Shown: positions 15,548 to 24,803, counted from the first letter of the stretch. The stretch is 33,986 bases of DNA from Bacillota bacterium (GCA_017621195.1 JAGATO010000324.1:1-33986), one strand, 5' to 3'. A program made the numbers and translations. Notes: generated by a model from the sequence alone, not told the origin.

Positions 15548-16936
15548 ATGAAAAAAGCAGTGGCTCTGTTGTTGACCGTCGTTCTGATGTTCGGATTGAC
15601 TCTGCCTGCCTTTGCAGCGGAGATTTCTTATCCGACAATAGAATGCGTTGTTCAGGAGATTCAAAAATACGGGAATATTGTTCTGGATGTAAAACCGGAG
15701 AAGTTGATGAAGGCCGGCTACGACTACGGCGATATGCTTGCTGTGACCGTTGACGGAACGACGTATCAGATCCCTCTTTGCACCAATTATTCCGATGTGG
15801 ACATCGGTTCTTATGTGGCCTGCAATGGCGACGGTCTTCTGACACTTGCCATCAATATGGGCGATTTTGCCACTGCCAGCGGCATTGCCGAAAGGGTCAT
15901 CGCTGAAGACAAATCGGTGACCTGGGTGTTTTCCGGCGGCAAGAATTTGGAGAACCTAACGGTTTCTCTTTCCATGGCCGAGAAGGGCGGCTACCACGAC
16001 CAGTATCTCATCCACCAGCTGGTGAGAACCAACGATCGGGCGGACTACGATTCCGACAGGATATTTGCGAACTTCCGCAATATCGCTTCCGGCGATCTGG
16101 GTGATCGTGCTCTGTTCCGCAGCAGCAGCCCTGTCAATAATGAATTGGGCCGTGCCGCTTATGCCGATGATTTTGTTGAGGCCAACGGTATCCGGACGGT
16201 GGTGAATCTGGCCGATACCGATGCGGATATCGCCGGTTACATTGCTCAGGAGGACTTTGATTCTCCCTATTATGCGTCTCTGTATCGGGCCGGCAAGGTG
16301 AAGGCTCTGAATCTGAGCGTAAACTTTACGGCCGAGGATTTCCAGGTCGGTCTGGCGGAAGGGCTGCGCTTCTTAGCCGTCAATGAGGGACCGTATCTGA
16401 TTCACTGCACTGAAGGAAAGGATCGGGCCGGCTTCGTTTCTGCATTGCTGGCTTCCTATATGGGTGCGTCCTATGATCAGGTGGTGGAGGACTATATGCA
16501 GACCTACATCAACTACTATCATTTGGAGAAGGATACCGAACAGTACGATGCGGTAAAAAGAAGCAACATCGATGCCATACTGCAGAGGATTACAGGCGCT
16601 TCCGACGGCGTGGATCTGTCTCAGGTGGATCTGGCTGATGGCGCTCGACGCTATGTGAAGAGCCTCGGCCTGTCCGACGATGAGTGCGAGGCGCTGCGGA
16701 TCCATCTGGCGAAGGACGATCCGGCTCACGTCGATGCAGAGGCGGATGAGCCTGGGACCGATACGCCTGCGACCTATACGGTGGCAGCCGGTGACTGCCT
16801 GTGGAAGATTGCCCGAAAGATGTACGGAACAGGGACTCGTTGGAAAGATATTTATGAGGCAAACCGCCAAATCATCCGCTCTCCCCAGCGAATCTATGTC
16901 GGCCAGGTGCTGACGATTCCGGCCGTCGGGTTCTGA
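15548..16936 (+). CDS. Secreted three-domain protein: SAM_HAT_C-like beta-barrel + Y_phosphatase3-type Tyr/Ser phosphatase + C-terminal LysM
   Basis: ATG 15548 with GAGGAGG 10 nt upstream. Signal peptide MKKAVALLLTVVLMFGLTLPAFA/AE. CX5R P-loop HCTEGKDRAG (Cys codon 16406-16408). LysM YTVAAGDCLWKIARKMYGTGTRWKDIYEANRQIIRSPQRIYVGQVLTIP. Confidence 0.75.
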   Translation: MKKAVALLLTVVLMFGLTLPAFAAEISYPTIECVVQEIQKYGNIVLDVKPEKLMKAGYDYGDMLAVTVDGTTYQIPLCTNYSDVDIGSYVACNGDGLLTLAINMGDFATASGIAERVIAEDKSVTWVFSGGKNLENLTVSLSMAEKGGYHDQYLIHQLVRTNDRADYDSDRIFANFRNIASGDLGDRALFRSSSPVNNELGRAAYADDFVEANGIRTVVNLADTDADIAGYIAQEDFDSPYYASLYRAGKVKALNLSVNFTAEDFQVGLAEGLRFLAVNEGPYLIHCTEGKDRAGFVSALLASYMGASYDQVVEDYMQTYINYYHLEKDTEQYDAVKRSNIDAILQRITGASDGVDLSQVDLADGARRYVKSLGLSDDECEALRIHLAKDDPAHVDAEADEPGTDTPATYTVAAGDCLWKIARKMYGTGTRWKDIYEANRQIIRSPQRIYVGQVLTIPAVGF

Positions 16937-17050
16937 TACACCTGAAAATGCAGAGGCTACCTGACGGCAGAAATCAAATTTGAGAAACGATATTGAAACC
17001 ATCGTCATCGAATTGAGTCGTCGAATCGAAGAGAGATATTTTGAAAAATA

Positions 17051-17085
17051 AAAACCCTGAAATTATTTTAATTTCAGGGTTTTTT
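17051..17085. terminator. Bidirectional terminator shared by the phosphatase gene (+) and tRNA-Arg (-)
   Basis: AAAACCCTGAAATTA-ttt-TAATTTCAGGGTTTTT. 11-bp core stem flanked by A4 and T5. Confidence 0.8.
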
Positions 17086-17087
17086 GA

Positions 17088-17164
17088 TGGTACACCCGAC
17101 AGGGTTCGAACCTGCGGCCTTCAGAGTCGGAGTCTGACGCGCTATCCAGCTGCGCTACGGGTGC
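17088..17164 (-). tRNA. tRNA-Arg (anticodon CCG), CCA encoded
   Basis: The reverse complement GCACCCGTAGCGCAGCTGGATAGCGCGTCAGACTCCGACTCTGAAGGCCGCAGGTTCGAACCCTGTCGGGTGTACCA folds by hand into a 77-nt cloverleaf. Elements: 7-bp acceptor, GCGC D-stem, TCAGA/TCTGA anticodon stem, loop CT-CCG-AC, GGTTCGAAC T-loop. Confidence 0.9.
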
Positions 17165-17198
17165 ATGATATGTGATGCGTACTCCGCATAACATATAT

Positions 17199-17227
17199 AT
17201 GATATACTGAAACGAAGATTTTCGCAA
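17199..17227 (-). promoter_or_regulatory. Candidate promoter for tRNA-Arg
   Basis: Minus strand: TTGCGA, 17 nt, TATCAT. This implies a leader of about 26 nt before the mature 5' end. Confidence 0.4.
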
Positions 17228-17410
17228 GTGTTTTTTTATCACATTTCAAATTCAGCGGAAGCGCGGCGTCGCCCGCCGCGCCACCATACAAAACACAGCG
17301 GAGCGGGGAGCCAACGGCCTCGAAAAACCGGGGTGTGGCTCCCCGTTTCGATCCGCAAATGCGGCGCGGCCGCGATTGCCGCAGTAATTCAAAAAAGAGT
17401 CAATTAAATA

Positions 17411-17439
17411 TTGACAAATTGTTGAAATATGTTATTCTC
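17411..17439 (+). promoter_or_regulatory. Sigma-A-like promoter for the YheO-regulator / ABC / amidohydrolase operon
   Basis: TTGACA, 17 nt, TATTCT, about 50 nt upstream of ATG 17491. Confidence 0.5.
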
Positions 17440-17490
17440 ATACTATACCGATATTGTGTTGTAGTGTGGAATGGAGAAAAGAAGAAAAGT

Positions 17491-18123
17491 ATGAAAAAGG
17501 AAGAGGCGTACGAGTTTTTGTGCCGCATCGCGGAGGGGATCGCCATGATGTTCGGGACCAACTGCGAGACCATCATTCACGAAATGCACGGTCAGCGGAT
17601 CATCAACCTTGCCGTATACAATGGTCATGTGACCGGACGGAAGGCCGGTTCCACCACCAGTATCTTCGGAAAGGACACGGCTCTGGAAGATGAAACACGG
17701 CAGAATCTGGATCTGGACTACCAGAACCAGATGGTGGTCACCCCGGGAGGACGTCAGATCAAATCCTCCACCTACCACATGCGCGGTGAAGATTATCACT
17801 ATGCGATAGGGATCAATTTCGACATCACCGTACTGGATCAGATGCGTGGGATTTTGGACTACATGACCAATATCGAAGGAGATCTGCTGTCCAGCATCAC
17901 GGAAAAAGATCAGACTAACATGGAAGCCATTTTCGATGCCTGCATGGAAATCGTCAACCGGCCGCCGGAGCGGATGAAAAAAGCCGAGCGGATGATGCTG
18001 GTGAAGCTCTTAAAGGAAAAGGGAGTATTCAACCTACAGCGCAGCGTGCCTTACGTGGCCGAGCGCATGGGCGTCAGTAAATACACCATCTATAACTATC
18101 TGAACGAACTGGAACAGGCGTAA
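17491..18123 (+). CDS. YheO-like PAS-domain + HTH transcriptional regulator
   Basis: Start moved to ATG 17491 (MKKEEAYEFL...). N-terminal YheO-type sensor-like region. C-terminal HTH VPYVAERMGVSKYTIYNYLNELE. The upstream part of the track ORF (17335-17490) covers the promoter. Confidence 0.7.
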   Translation: MKKEEAYEFLCRIAEGIAMMFGTNCETIIHEMHGQRIINLAVYNGHVTGRKAGSTTSIFGKDTALEDETRQNLDLDYQNQMVVTPGGRQIKSSTYHMRGEDYHYAIGINFDITVLDQMRGILDYMTNIEGDLLSSITEKDQTNMEAIFDACMEIVNRPPERMKKAERMMLVKLLKEKGVFNLQRSVPYVAERMGVSKYTIYNYLNELEQA

Positions 18124-18137
18124 GCAGAACGGATCAA

Positions 18138-18186
18138 TGCAGCGACCGGATCAAAGAGCGGGCGAAACGTTGCAGCGACCGGATCA
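18138..18186 (+). repeat. Two perfect 16-nt direct repeats (TGCAGCGACCGGATCA) 33 nt apart
   Basis: Copies at 18138-18153 and 18171-18186. Degenerate GGATCA/CGATCA cores also at 18131-18136 and 18192-18197. Lies between the regulator stop and the OCD start. Confidence 0.85.
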
Positions 18187-18241
18187 GAAGCCGATCATAC
18201 CGTTCGTCGGAGGGAAAGAGTACGTAGAAGGAGTACATAGT

Positions 18242-19183
18242 ATGAGAATCGTAGAAGCAAAGGAAGCCAGAGAGCGGCTGACTATGCCGGTGTGCATCGA
18301 GCTGATGCGCCGGGCATTTCGGGACCTGGAAAGCGGAAAAGCCAGCCAGCCCCTGAGAAGCATCGTCAAATTGCCCGGCGGCGATCCCTTTGGATTTATG
18401 CCGGCTTATCTGGGCGAGGACAGCTACTTCGGAGCCAAAGTCCTCAGCGCCTTCCACAGGAACATCGGAACGGAATATCCATCTCACAACGGCTACGTCA
18501 TGATGTTTGAATCCCAGCACGGAACCTTCGTGGGCATGGCTGACGCCACCGTCATCACCGAAATCCGCACCGGCGCTGTCTCCGGCGTTGCCACTGACCT
18601 GTTGGCCAGAAAAGATGCTCACAAGCTGGCAATCATCGGCGCAGGCGCGCAGGGACGGAGCCATCTGGCAGCCATGACCTGCGTCAGAGAGATCACAGAA
18701 GCGGCCGTTTACGACATCCGTAAGGAGGCGGCGGAGAAATATGCCGAAGAGATGAGCGCAAAGTACGGGATTCCCGTCCGCGTTGCAAAGGACGCGGAGG
18801 ATTGCGTGAAGGGAGCGGACATCATCTGCACCGTCACTCCCAGTAAAGAACCGTATCTGAAGAAGGAGTGGATCGCTCCCGGCGCTCACATCAACGCCGT
18901 CGGCACCTTCAGTCCCGTGACCCGGGAAGTGACCAGCGAACTGGTGGCTGCATCCCGACTGTATTCCGATCAGACGGAAGCCATGAAGAAGGAATGCGGC
19001 GAATACCTAATTCCCGTCAGCGAAGGCCGCATCGACGAAAGCCACATCGTAGGCTCCGTCGGCGAAGTGCTGCTGGGACGAGCTCCAGCCAGAGGAAACG
19101 ACGAAGAGATCACCCTCTTCGATGCTCTCGGACTGGCCATCGAAGATGTCATGTGTGCAGCGTACCTGTGCACTGATATATAA
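18242..19183 (+). CDS. Ornithine cyclodeaminase / mu-crystallin family NAD(P)-dependent enzyme
   Basis: ATG 18242 with GAAGGAG 8 nt upstream. Family-typical N-terminus (LTMPVCIELMRRAF) and Rossmann motif LAIIGAGAQGRSH. Confidence 0.8.
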   Translation: MRIVEAKEARERLTMPVCIELMRRAFRDLESGKASQPLRSIVKLPGGDPFGFMPAYLGEDSYFGAKVLSAFHRNIGTEYPSHNGYVMMFESQHGTFVGMADATVITEIRTGAVSGVATDLLARKDAHKLAIIGAGAQGRSHLAAMTCVREITEAAVYDIRKEAAEKYAEEMSAKYGIPVRVAKDAEDCVKGADIICTVTPSKEPYLKKEWIAPGAHINAVGTFSPVTREVTSELVAASRLYSDQTEAMKKECGEYLIPVSEGRIDESHIVGSVGEVLLGRAPARGNDEEITLFDALGLAIEDVMCAAYLCTDI

Positions 19184-19217
19184 AATGTAGTAAAAGTAGG
19201 AAAGAAGGAACACAAAA

Positions 19218-20861
19218 ATGAAGAAAGCACTTGCACTGCTGCTGGCACTGGTCATGATGATCGGTCTGCTGGCAGGTTGCGGTACCACCACCGGCGGTGG
19301 TGAAGAACCCACAGCGACATCCGATACTTTCACCATGGCGTACAACGGCGTCGTTACCCTGAACTCCGTCATGACTCAGGCGTCCAACGACCACAATGTA
19401 CTGTACTTACTGCAGACCCAGCTGGTTCGTTATTACGACGGTCAGGTGGAATGCGACGCAGCAGAGTCCTATGAAATGAGCGATGACGCTTTGACCTGGA
19501 CCTTCCACCTGAGAGACGGTCTCGTATGGTCCAACGGCGAAGCTCTGACGGCAGACGACTTCGTTTACGGCACCAGATGCCTGCTGGATCCGGAACTGGG
19601 TTCTCCGCAGGCCAGCTCCTGGTTCATGATCAAGAACGCAGAGAAGTTCGCCAATGGCGAAGTAGGTTGGGAAGAAGTAGGAGTGAAGGCTCTGGATGAA
19701 AAGACTGTGGAATTCACTCTGGAAAATCCGCTGAACAGCTTCGACCAGACCGTCGCCTGCAAGCACATCTACCCGCTGAATCAGGCCTTCGTTGAAACCG
19801 TAGGCGTAAATAACCTGGGTTCCTCCGTGGACACCATTCTGTACTCCGGCGGTTACACCATGACCGAATGGGTCCTGGAAAGCTCCATCACCCTGGAAAA
19901 GAACCCCGCTTACTGGAATGCTGAAAACCAGTTCCCGGTACAGACCATCAAACTGCTGGAAGTGGAAGATCCCAACACCGAAGTAGCGATGTTTGAAAAC
20001 GGCGAAGTGGATGCCATCGAAGAAATGGCTGCTCAGTACTATGACTATCTGAGCGATTACCTGTATGAAGTCAATGGCGGCGGCTTCATGTTCCTGTGGA
20101 TGAACACCACCGGCGGCACCAGCGACGAATCCGCGAAGGTGATGGCGAACCTGAACTTCCGCAAGGCTCTGAGCTACGCTCTGGACCGCGAAGGCATCTG
20201 CCAGGCTGTGAACAGCGCCAACGCTGCTGCGACCCAGCCCATCGACCCCAACTTCCCGGGCCTGAACGGCGGAAGCTTCGTAGAGGAATATCCGGTAGAA
20301 AGCACTCCGACCTCCGGCGATGTGGCTAAGGCGCAGGAATACCTGGCCAAGGCTCTGGAAGAGCTGGGCTACACCGATGCAAGCCAGCTGCCTGCCATGA
20401 ATATCGTAACCTGGGATACGGCAGAACAGAAGACTCTGGGCGAAGCCATCACCGACCAGTGGAAGCAGAACCTGGGCGTCAACGTTCAGCTGGAACAGTA
20501 CGTCATCGGTACGGCCATCGGCAAGTTCTATGAAAAGTCCTATGACATCTTCCTGATCACTTGGGAAACCGACGTAAAGCCCACCGACCTGTTACAGGCC
20601 ATGACCACCACCGGTGAAGCCAACCCCGGTATCTGGTCCGATCCGGAATACGATTCCCTGGTAGCTCAGGCCATCGCTGAACTGGATAAGGAAAAGCAGG
20701 CCGAACTGACCCAGAAGGCAGTTCAGGTATTCGTGGATGATACCGCCATCGTGCCTCTCTTCCTGGAAGGCTCTGTACACGCCAAGAAGGAATACGTTGA
20801 CGGATTCGTCATCGGAGCCTCCGACGGCTTCCAGTTCCAGAACCTGGTTGTCAACAAATAA
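19218..20861 (+). CDS. ABC transporter substrate-binding lipoprotein, family 5 (Opp/Dpp/Nik type)
   Basis: 547 aa. Lipobox MKKALALLLALVMMIGLLAGC. Size and sequence character of peptide/nickel-type SBPs. SD GAAGGAA. Confidence 0.8.
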   Translation: MKKALALLLALVMMIGLLAGCGTTTGGGEEPTATSDTFTMAYNGVVTLNSVMTQASNDHNVLYLLQTQLVRYYDGQVECDAAESYEMSDDALTWTFHLRDGLVWSNGEALTADDFVYGTRCLLDPELGSPQASSWFMIKNAEKFANGEVGWEEVGVKALDEKTVEFTLENPLNSFDQTVACKHIYPLNQAFVETVGVNNLGSSVDTILYSGGYTMTEWVLESSITLEKNPAYWNAENQFPVQTIKLLEVEDPNTEVAMFENGEVDAIEEMAAQYYDYLSDYLYEVNGGGFMFLWMNTTGGTSDESAKVMANLNFRKALSYALDREGICQAVNSANAAATQPIDPNFPGLNGGSFVEEYPVESTPTSGDVAKAQEYLAKALEELGYTDASQLPAMNIVTWDTAEQKTLGEAITDQWKQNLGVNVQLEQYVIGTAIGKFYEKSYDIFLITWETDVKPTDLLQAMTTTGEANPGIWSDPEYDSLVAQAIAELDKEKQAELTQKAVQVFVDDTAIVPLFLEGSVHAKKEYVDGFVIGASDGFQFQNLVVNK

Positions 20862-20882
20862 CCCGAAACAGAACGCGTAAAA

Positions 20883-20910
20883 GGGAGCGGATTCGTTACC
20901 GCTCCCTTTG
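20883..20910 (+). terminator. Intra-operon hairpin after the SBP gene (partial terminator / mRNA stabiliser)
   Basis: GGGAGCGG-attcgtta-CCGCTCCC followed by only TTTG. Confidence 0.4.
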
Positions 20911-20948
20911 TCACTATCATTCAACCAGACCTCACAAGGAGGTACCCA

Positions 20949-21869
20949 TTGAAAAAATACATCTTAAAACGACTGTTCATATCGATCATCACCATCTGGC
21001 TGATCGCAACCTGCTGTTTCTTCCTGCTGCGGACTTTGCCGGGAAATCCCTTCGCTACGCAGCAGCTGCTCAGCGTGGAAATGCAGCAGAGAATGATGTC
21101 CTACTACGGTCTGGACCGTCCGCTGATCGAGCAGTACTTTACCTTTATGAAAAATCTTCTTCACGGTGACTTCGGATCTTCTCTGAAATACACCGGCCAG
21201 TCGGTCAACGGCATCATCGCCAGCACCTTCCCCGTGTCGGCGCAGCTGGGACTGCAGTCCTACCTGATCAGCTTCCCCATCGGAATCCTGTTCGGCATCA
21301 TCGCTGCCCGCCATCGCGGTCGTCCCATCGACTATTCTCTGGTCGCCTTTTCCGTCCTGGGCGTTTCCGTCCCGGTGTTTGTACTGGCGTCCCTGTTACA
21401 ATATACTTTCGCCATCAAGCTGGGCCTGTTCCCTGTGGCTCTGTGGTCCAGCATGAAGCACACCATCCTTCCCACCCTCACCCTGGCCATCGGTTCCATC
21501 GCCAGCAAGACCCGCCTCATGCGGACCTTGATGTTAGAGGTCATCACCGAGGATTACGTAAAGACGGCCAAGGCCAAGGGCCTGCCCACATGGAAGATCG
21601 TGTGGAATCACCAGATCAGAAACGCCATCATTCCCATGATCCCGTCGTTGGGAATGGAGATCGTCTCCATCCTGATGGGTTCGTTTGTCGTGGAACAGAT
21701 CTTCTCCATCCCCGGCATCGGCGCGTATTTCGTCAACTCCGTCCGAAGCCTGGACTACACCATGACTCTGGGACTTACGGTATTTTTGGGAGTCTTCGTG
21801 GTTTCGGCCAATTTCATCATCGACCTGATCTACGGACTGGTGGATCCCCGGATCCGCGTAACGAAGTGA
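20949..21869 (+). CDS. ABC transporter permease (OppB/DppB type)
   Basis: TTG start with AGGAGG 6 nt upstream. 306 aa, 6 TM-like segments. Conserved loop TAKAKGLPTWKIVWNHQIRNAIIPMI. Confidence 0.85.
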   Translation: MKKYILKRLFISIITIWLIATCCFFLLRTLPGNPFATQQLLSVEMQQRMMSYYGLDRPLIEQYFTFMKNLLHGDFGSSLKYTGQSVNGIIASTFPVSAQLGLQSYLISFPIGILFGIIAARHRGRPIDYSLVAFSVLGVSVPVFVLASLLQYTFAIKLGLFPVALWSSMKHTILPTLTLAIGSIASKTRLMRTLMLEVITEDYVKTAKAKGLPTWKIVWNHQIRNAIIPMIPSLGMEIVSILMGSFVVEQIFSIPGIGAYFVNSVRSLDYTMTLGLTVFLGVFVVSANFIIDLIYGLVDPRIRVTK

Positions 21870-21879
21870 GGTGAACCAC

Positions 21880-22797
21880 ATGTCTGCAATTACATCCAAA
21901 GATTTTACACCCCTGGCAAACGACCGGGACATGACAGACGTGATCGTTCGTCCGTCAGTCAGCTACTGGAAGGACGTGTTTCGCCGCATCCGCACCGATA
22001 AGGTGGCGGTAATCAGCTTCGTTGTCATCGCGGTCATCGCGCTGTTTGCCATCTTCGCACCTGTGGTGTGCGCTTACGATTACGATACCACCAACATGAC
22101 ACAGACCAACCTGTCGCCCGGCGGCGACCACTGGTTCGGCACCGATTCTCTGGGCCGAGACCTGTGGGCTCGCGTCTGGGTGGGAGCACGGATCTCCCTG
22201 ATGATCGGCCTTTGCGGTGCCATCGTTCCCCAGCTGGTAGGAATCCTGCTGGGCGGCGTCGCCGGTTACTTCGGCGGCTGGATCGACATGCTGATCATGC
22301 GAATCATCGACGTGGGTGCCTGCATTCCGTCCCTGATCTACGTGACGCTGATCATGCTGTACTTCGGTTCCGGCCCGGCGGCCATCGTTCTGGCCATCGC
22401 CATGTCCTTCTGGATGGACTCGGCCCGGGTGGTGCGTGGACGCATGCTGCAGTTCAAAAACCGGGAATTCGTTCTGGCGGCCAGAACGCAGGGAGCTTCG
22501 TCCTTCCGCATCATCTTCCGCCACATTTTGCCCAACATCCTGGGACAGCAGGTGGTCAGCATTTCCTCGGCCATTCCCTCCGCCATCTTCCTGGAAGCCT
22601 ATCTGAGCTTCATCGGACTGGGAGTGGCCTCTCCCATGACCTCCTGGGGTCAGCTGTGCCAGCTGGGAGCGTCCTATTACCGGCTGTATCCCTATCAGCT
22701 GTTCATTCCGGGAGCCTTCATCAGCGTCACCATCCTGGCGTTTTACATCTTCGGAAACTGCCTGAGAGACGCCCTTGATCCCCATCTGAGAGACTGA
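21880..22797 (+). CDS. ABC transporter permease (OppC/DppC type)
   Basis: ATG 21880 with GAGGTG 6 nt upstream (the track starts at GTG 21871). Loop AARTQGASSFRIIFRHILPNI. Confidence 0.85.
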   Translation: MSAITSKDFTPLANDRDMTDVIVRPSVSYWKDVFRRIRTDKVAVISFVVIAVIALFAIFAPVVCAYDYDTTNMTQTNLSPGGDHWFGTDSLGRDLWARVWVGARISLMIGLCGAIVPQLVGILLGGVAGYFGGWIDMLIMRIIDVGACIPSLIYVTLIMLYFGSGPAAIVLAIAMSFWMDSARVVRGRMLQFKNREFVLAARTQGASSFRIIFRHILPNILGQQVVSISSAIPSAIFLEAYLSFIGLGVASPMTSWGQLCQLGASYYRLYPYQLFIPGAFISVTILAFYIFGNCLRDALDPHLRD

Positions 22798-22811
22798 CAG
22801 GAGGAAACATC

Positions 22812-23852
22812 ATGAAAGAACATTTACTGGAAGTCCGCGATCTGCGGGTTTCCTTCGATACGTATGCCGGTGAGGTACAGGCGGTCCGCGGCGTCAACTT
22901 CTATCTGGACAGCGGCGAGACACTGGCCATCGTCGGCGAATCCGGCTGCGGAAAATCCGTCAGTGTCCAGACCATGATGCGCCTTCTGCCCATGCCTCCG
23001 GCTCGGCTGAAGAGCGGCGAGATCATCTACGAGGGAAAGGACATCGCTCCGCTGACCGATAAAGAGATGGAAAACTATCGGGGCAAGGAATTCGCCATGA
23101 TCTTTCAGGATTCCATGACCAGCTTAAACCCCACCATGAGAGTGGGAAACCAGATGTGCGAGGGCATCGTGCGCCACCGGAAGGTGTCGAAGGAAGAGGC
23201 CCGAAAGATCGCCGTGGACATGCTCGGTCAGGTGGGAATCCCCAATCCGGAAGCGGCCTTCCGCCGCTATCCCCACACCATGTCCGGCGGTCAGCGCCAG
23301 CGGGTGATGATCGCCATGGCCCTGTCCTGCAATCCGAAGATCCTCATCGCCGACGAGCCTACTACGGCTCTGGACGTGACCATGCAGGCCCAGATTCTGG
23401 ACATCATGAACCGACTGAAGGACATCCACCATACGGCCATCATCCTGATCACCCACGATCTGGGCGTGGTTGCCCAGATGGCGGACCGCATCGCGGTCAT
23501 GTACGCCGGAGAGATCATGGAGTCCGGCGATGCGCGGCAGGTGTTCTATCAGCCGTCCCATCCCTACACCTGGGGCCTGTTGGGCGCCATGCCCAACCTG
23601 ATTCAGGACGTGAAGAGTCAGCTGTACACCATCCCCGGAACGCCGCCGGATCTGTATGCGCCGCCGGTGGGCTGCCCCTTTGCGGCCCGCTGCGAGTATG
23701 CCATGGAGGCCTGCCTCAAGGAGGAACCGCCGGAATTCGCGGTGGAGGGCGGCCATACCAGCCGATGCTGGTTATTGGATCCCCGGGCGCCTCAGGTGAC
23801 GCCGCCGGAAGGCATTCCCGCGCTGAAGAAAGGAGGGAACGATCATGAGTGA
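22812..23852 (+). CDS. ABC transporter ATP-binding protein (OppD/DppD type)
   Basis: Walker A GESGCGKS, signature MSGGQRQRV, Walker B LIADEPTTALD. Cys-rich Opp-type C-terminal extension. Confidence 0.9.
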   Translation: MKEHLLEVRDLRVSFDTYAGEVQAVRGVNFYLDSGETLAIVGESGCGKSVSVQTMMRLLPMPPARLKSGEIIYEGKDIAPLTDKEMENYRGKEFAMIFQDSMTSLNPTMRVGNQMCEGIVRHRKVSKEEARKIAVDMLGQVGIPNPEAAFRRYPHTMSGGQRQRVMIAMALSCNPKILIADEPTTALDVTMQAQILDIMNRLKDIHHTAIILITHDLGVVAQMADRIAVMYAGEIMESGDARQVFYQPSHPYTWGLLGAMPNLIQDVKSQLYTIPGTPPDLYAPPVGCPFAARCEYAMEACLKEEPPEFAVEGGHTSRCWLLDPRAPQVTPPEGIPALKKGGNDHE

Positions 23853-24801
23853 GACACTGCTTCAGGTCACCGGACTGAAAAAGTATTTCAACGTCGGAAA
23901 GAAACAGATCCTGAAAGCCGTGGACGACGTTTCCTTCTCCATCGAAAAGGGAAAGACGCTGGGCCTGGTGGGAGAATCGGGCTGCGGAAAGACCACCGTG
24001 GGCCGGACGCTGCTGCGAATCTACGAGCCGGACGGCGGAACGATCCTGTTCGACGGACAGGACATCAGCCACGTGTCCAAACAGAAATCCAGGGAACTGA
24101 CGAAGAAGATGCAGATGATTTTTCAGGATCCCTACGCTTCGCTGAACCCCTTCTTCACGGTGGGTGAGATCGTGGCCGAAGGGCTGCAGATCCACAAGAT
24201 CTGCAAGAGCCGCGCGGAAGAACGGGAACGGGTCAACGAGCTGTTGACCATGGTGGGCCTCAGCAAGGACCACGCCAACCGGTTTCCCCACGAGTTTTCC
24301 GGCGGTCAGCGCCAGCGCGTGGGCATCGCCAGAGCCCTTGCGTTAGATCCGGAGTTCATCGTCTGCGACGAGGCCATTTCGGCTCTGGACGTATCCATTC
24401 AGGCTCAGGTGGTCAACATGCTGATGGAGTTCCAGCGGGAGCTGGGACTGACCTATCTGTTCATCGCCCATGACCTGTCCATGGTGCGTCACATCGCGGA
24501 TCAGACGGCGGTCATGTATCTGGGAACGCTGGTGGAGTACGGAGATACCAACGAAGTGTATTCCCATCCCGTCCATCCCTATACCCAGGGACTGCTGTCG
24601 GCGGTGCCGGTAGCCGACCCGGACTACGAGAAGACACACCAGAGGATTCCCATGGACGGCGAGGTGGGAAGCCCCATCAACCCCAAGCCGGGATGCCGGT
24701 TCTGCGGCCGCTGCCGCAAGGCAACGGACATCTGCCGGACGGAGACGCCGGTACTGCGGGATATGGGCGGTGGCCACAGGGCTGCCTGCCACAACGTGTA
24801 A
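23845..24801 (+). CDS. ABC transporter ATP-binding protein (OppF/DppF type)
   Basis: Overlaps the previous gene by 8 nt. Walker A GESGCGKT, signature FSGGQRQRV, Walker [12 protein letters not shown]. Confidence 0.9.
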   Translation: MSETLLQVTGLKKYFNVGKKQILKAVDDVSFSIEKGKTLGLVGESGCGKTTVGRTLLRIYEPDGGTILFDGQDISHVSKQKSRELTKKMQMIFQDPYASLNPFFTVGEIVAEGLQIHKICKSRAEERERVNELLTMVGLSKDHANRFPHEFSGGQRQRVGIARALALDPEFIVCDEAISALDVSIQAQVVNMLMEFQRELGLTYLFIAHDLSMVRHIADQTAVMYLGTLVEYGDTNEVYSHPVHPYTQGLLSAVPVADPDYEKTHQRIPMDGEVGSPINPKPGCRFCGRCRKATDICRTETPVLRDMGGGHRAACHNV

Positions 24802-24803
24802 CA

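Noticed and set aside
13040-17088. Possible genomic island integrated at the 3' end of tRNA-Arg (class V enzyme, FAH, secreted phosphatase)
   Set aside because: There is no integrase, recombinase or mobility gene. I could find no direct repeat of the tRNA 3' end at the putative left border (12936-13208). Base composition and SD usage look the same as in the flanking genes.
17335-17490. 52-aa N-terminal extension of the YheO-type regulator ORF
   Set aside because: It runs through the GC-rich hairpins and the TTGACA-17-TATTCT promoter. The composition changes sharply at ATG 17491.
18137-18241. In-frame 35-aa N-terminal extension of the OCD gene containing a repeated QRPDQ peptide
   Set aside because: The peptide repeat is just the translation of the 16-nt DNA direct repeats. 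ATG 18137 has no SD, whereas ATG 18242 has GAAGGAG at 8 nt and gives the family-typical N-terminus.
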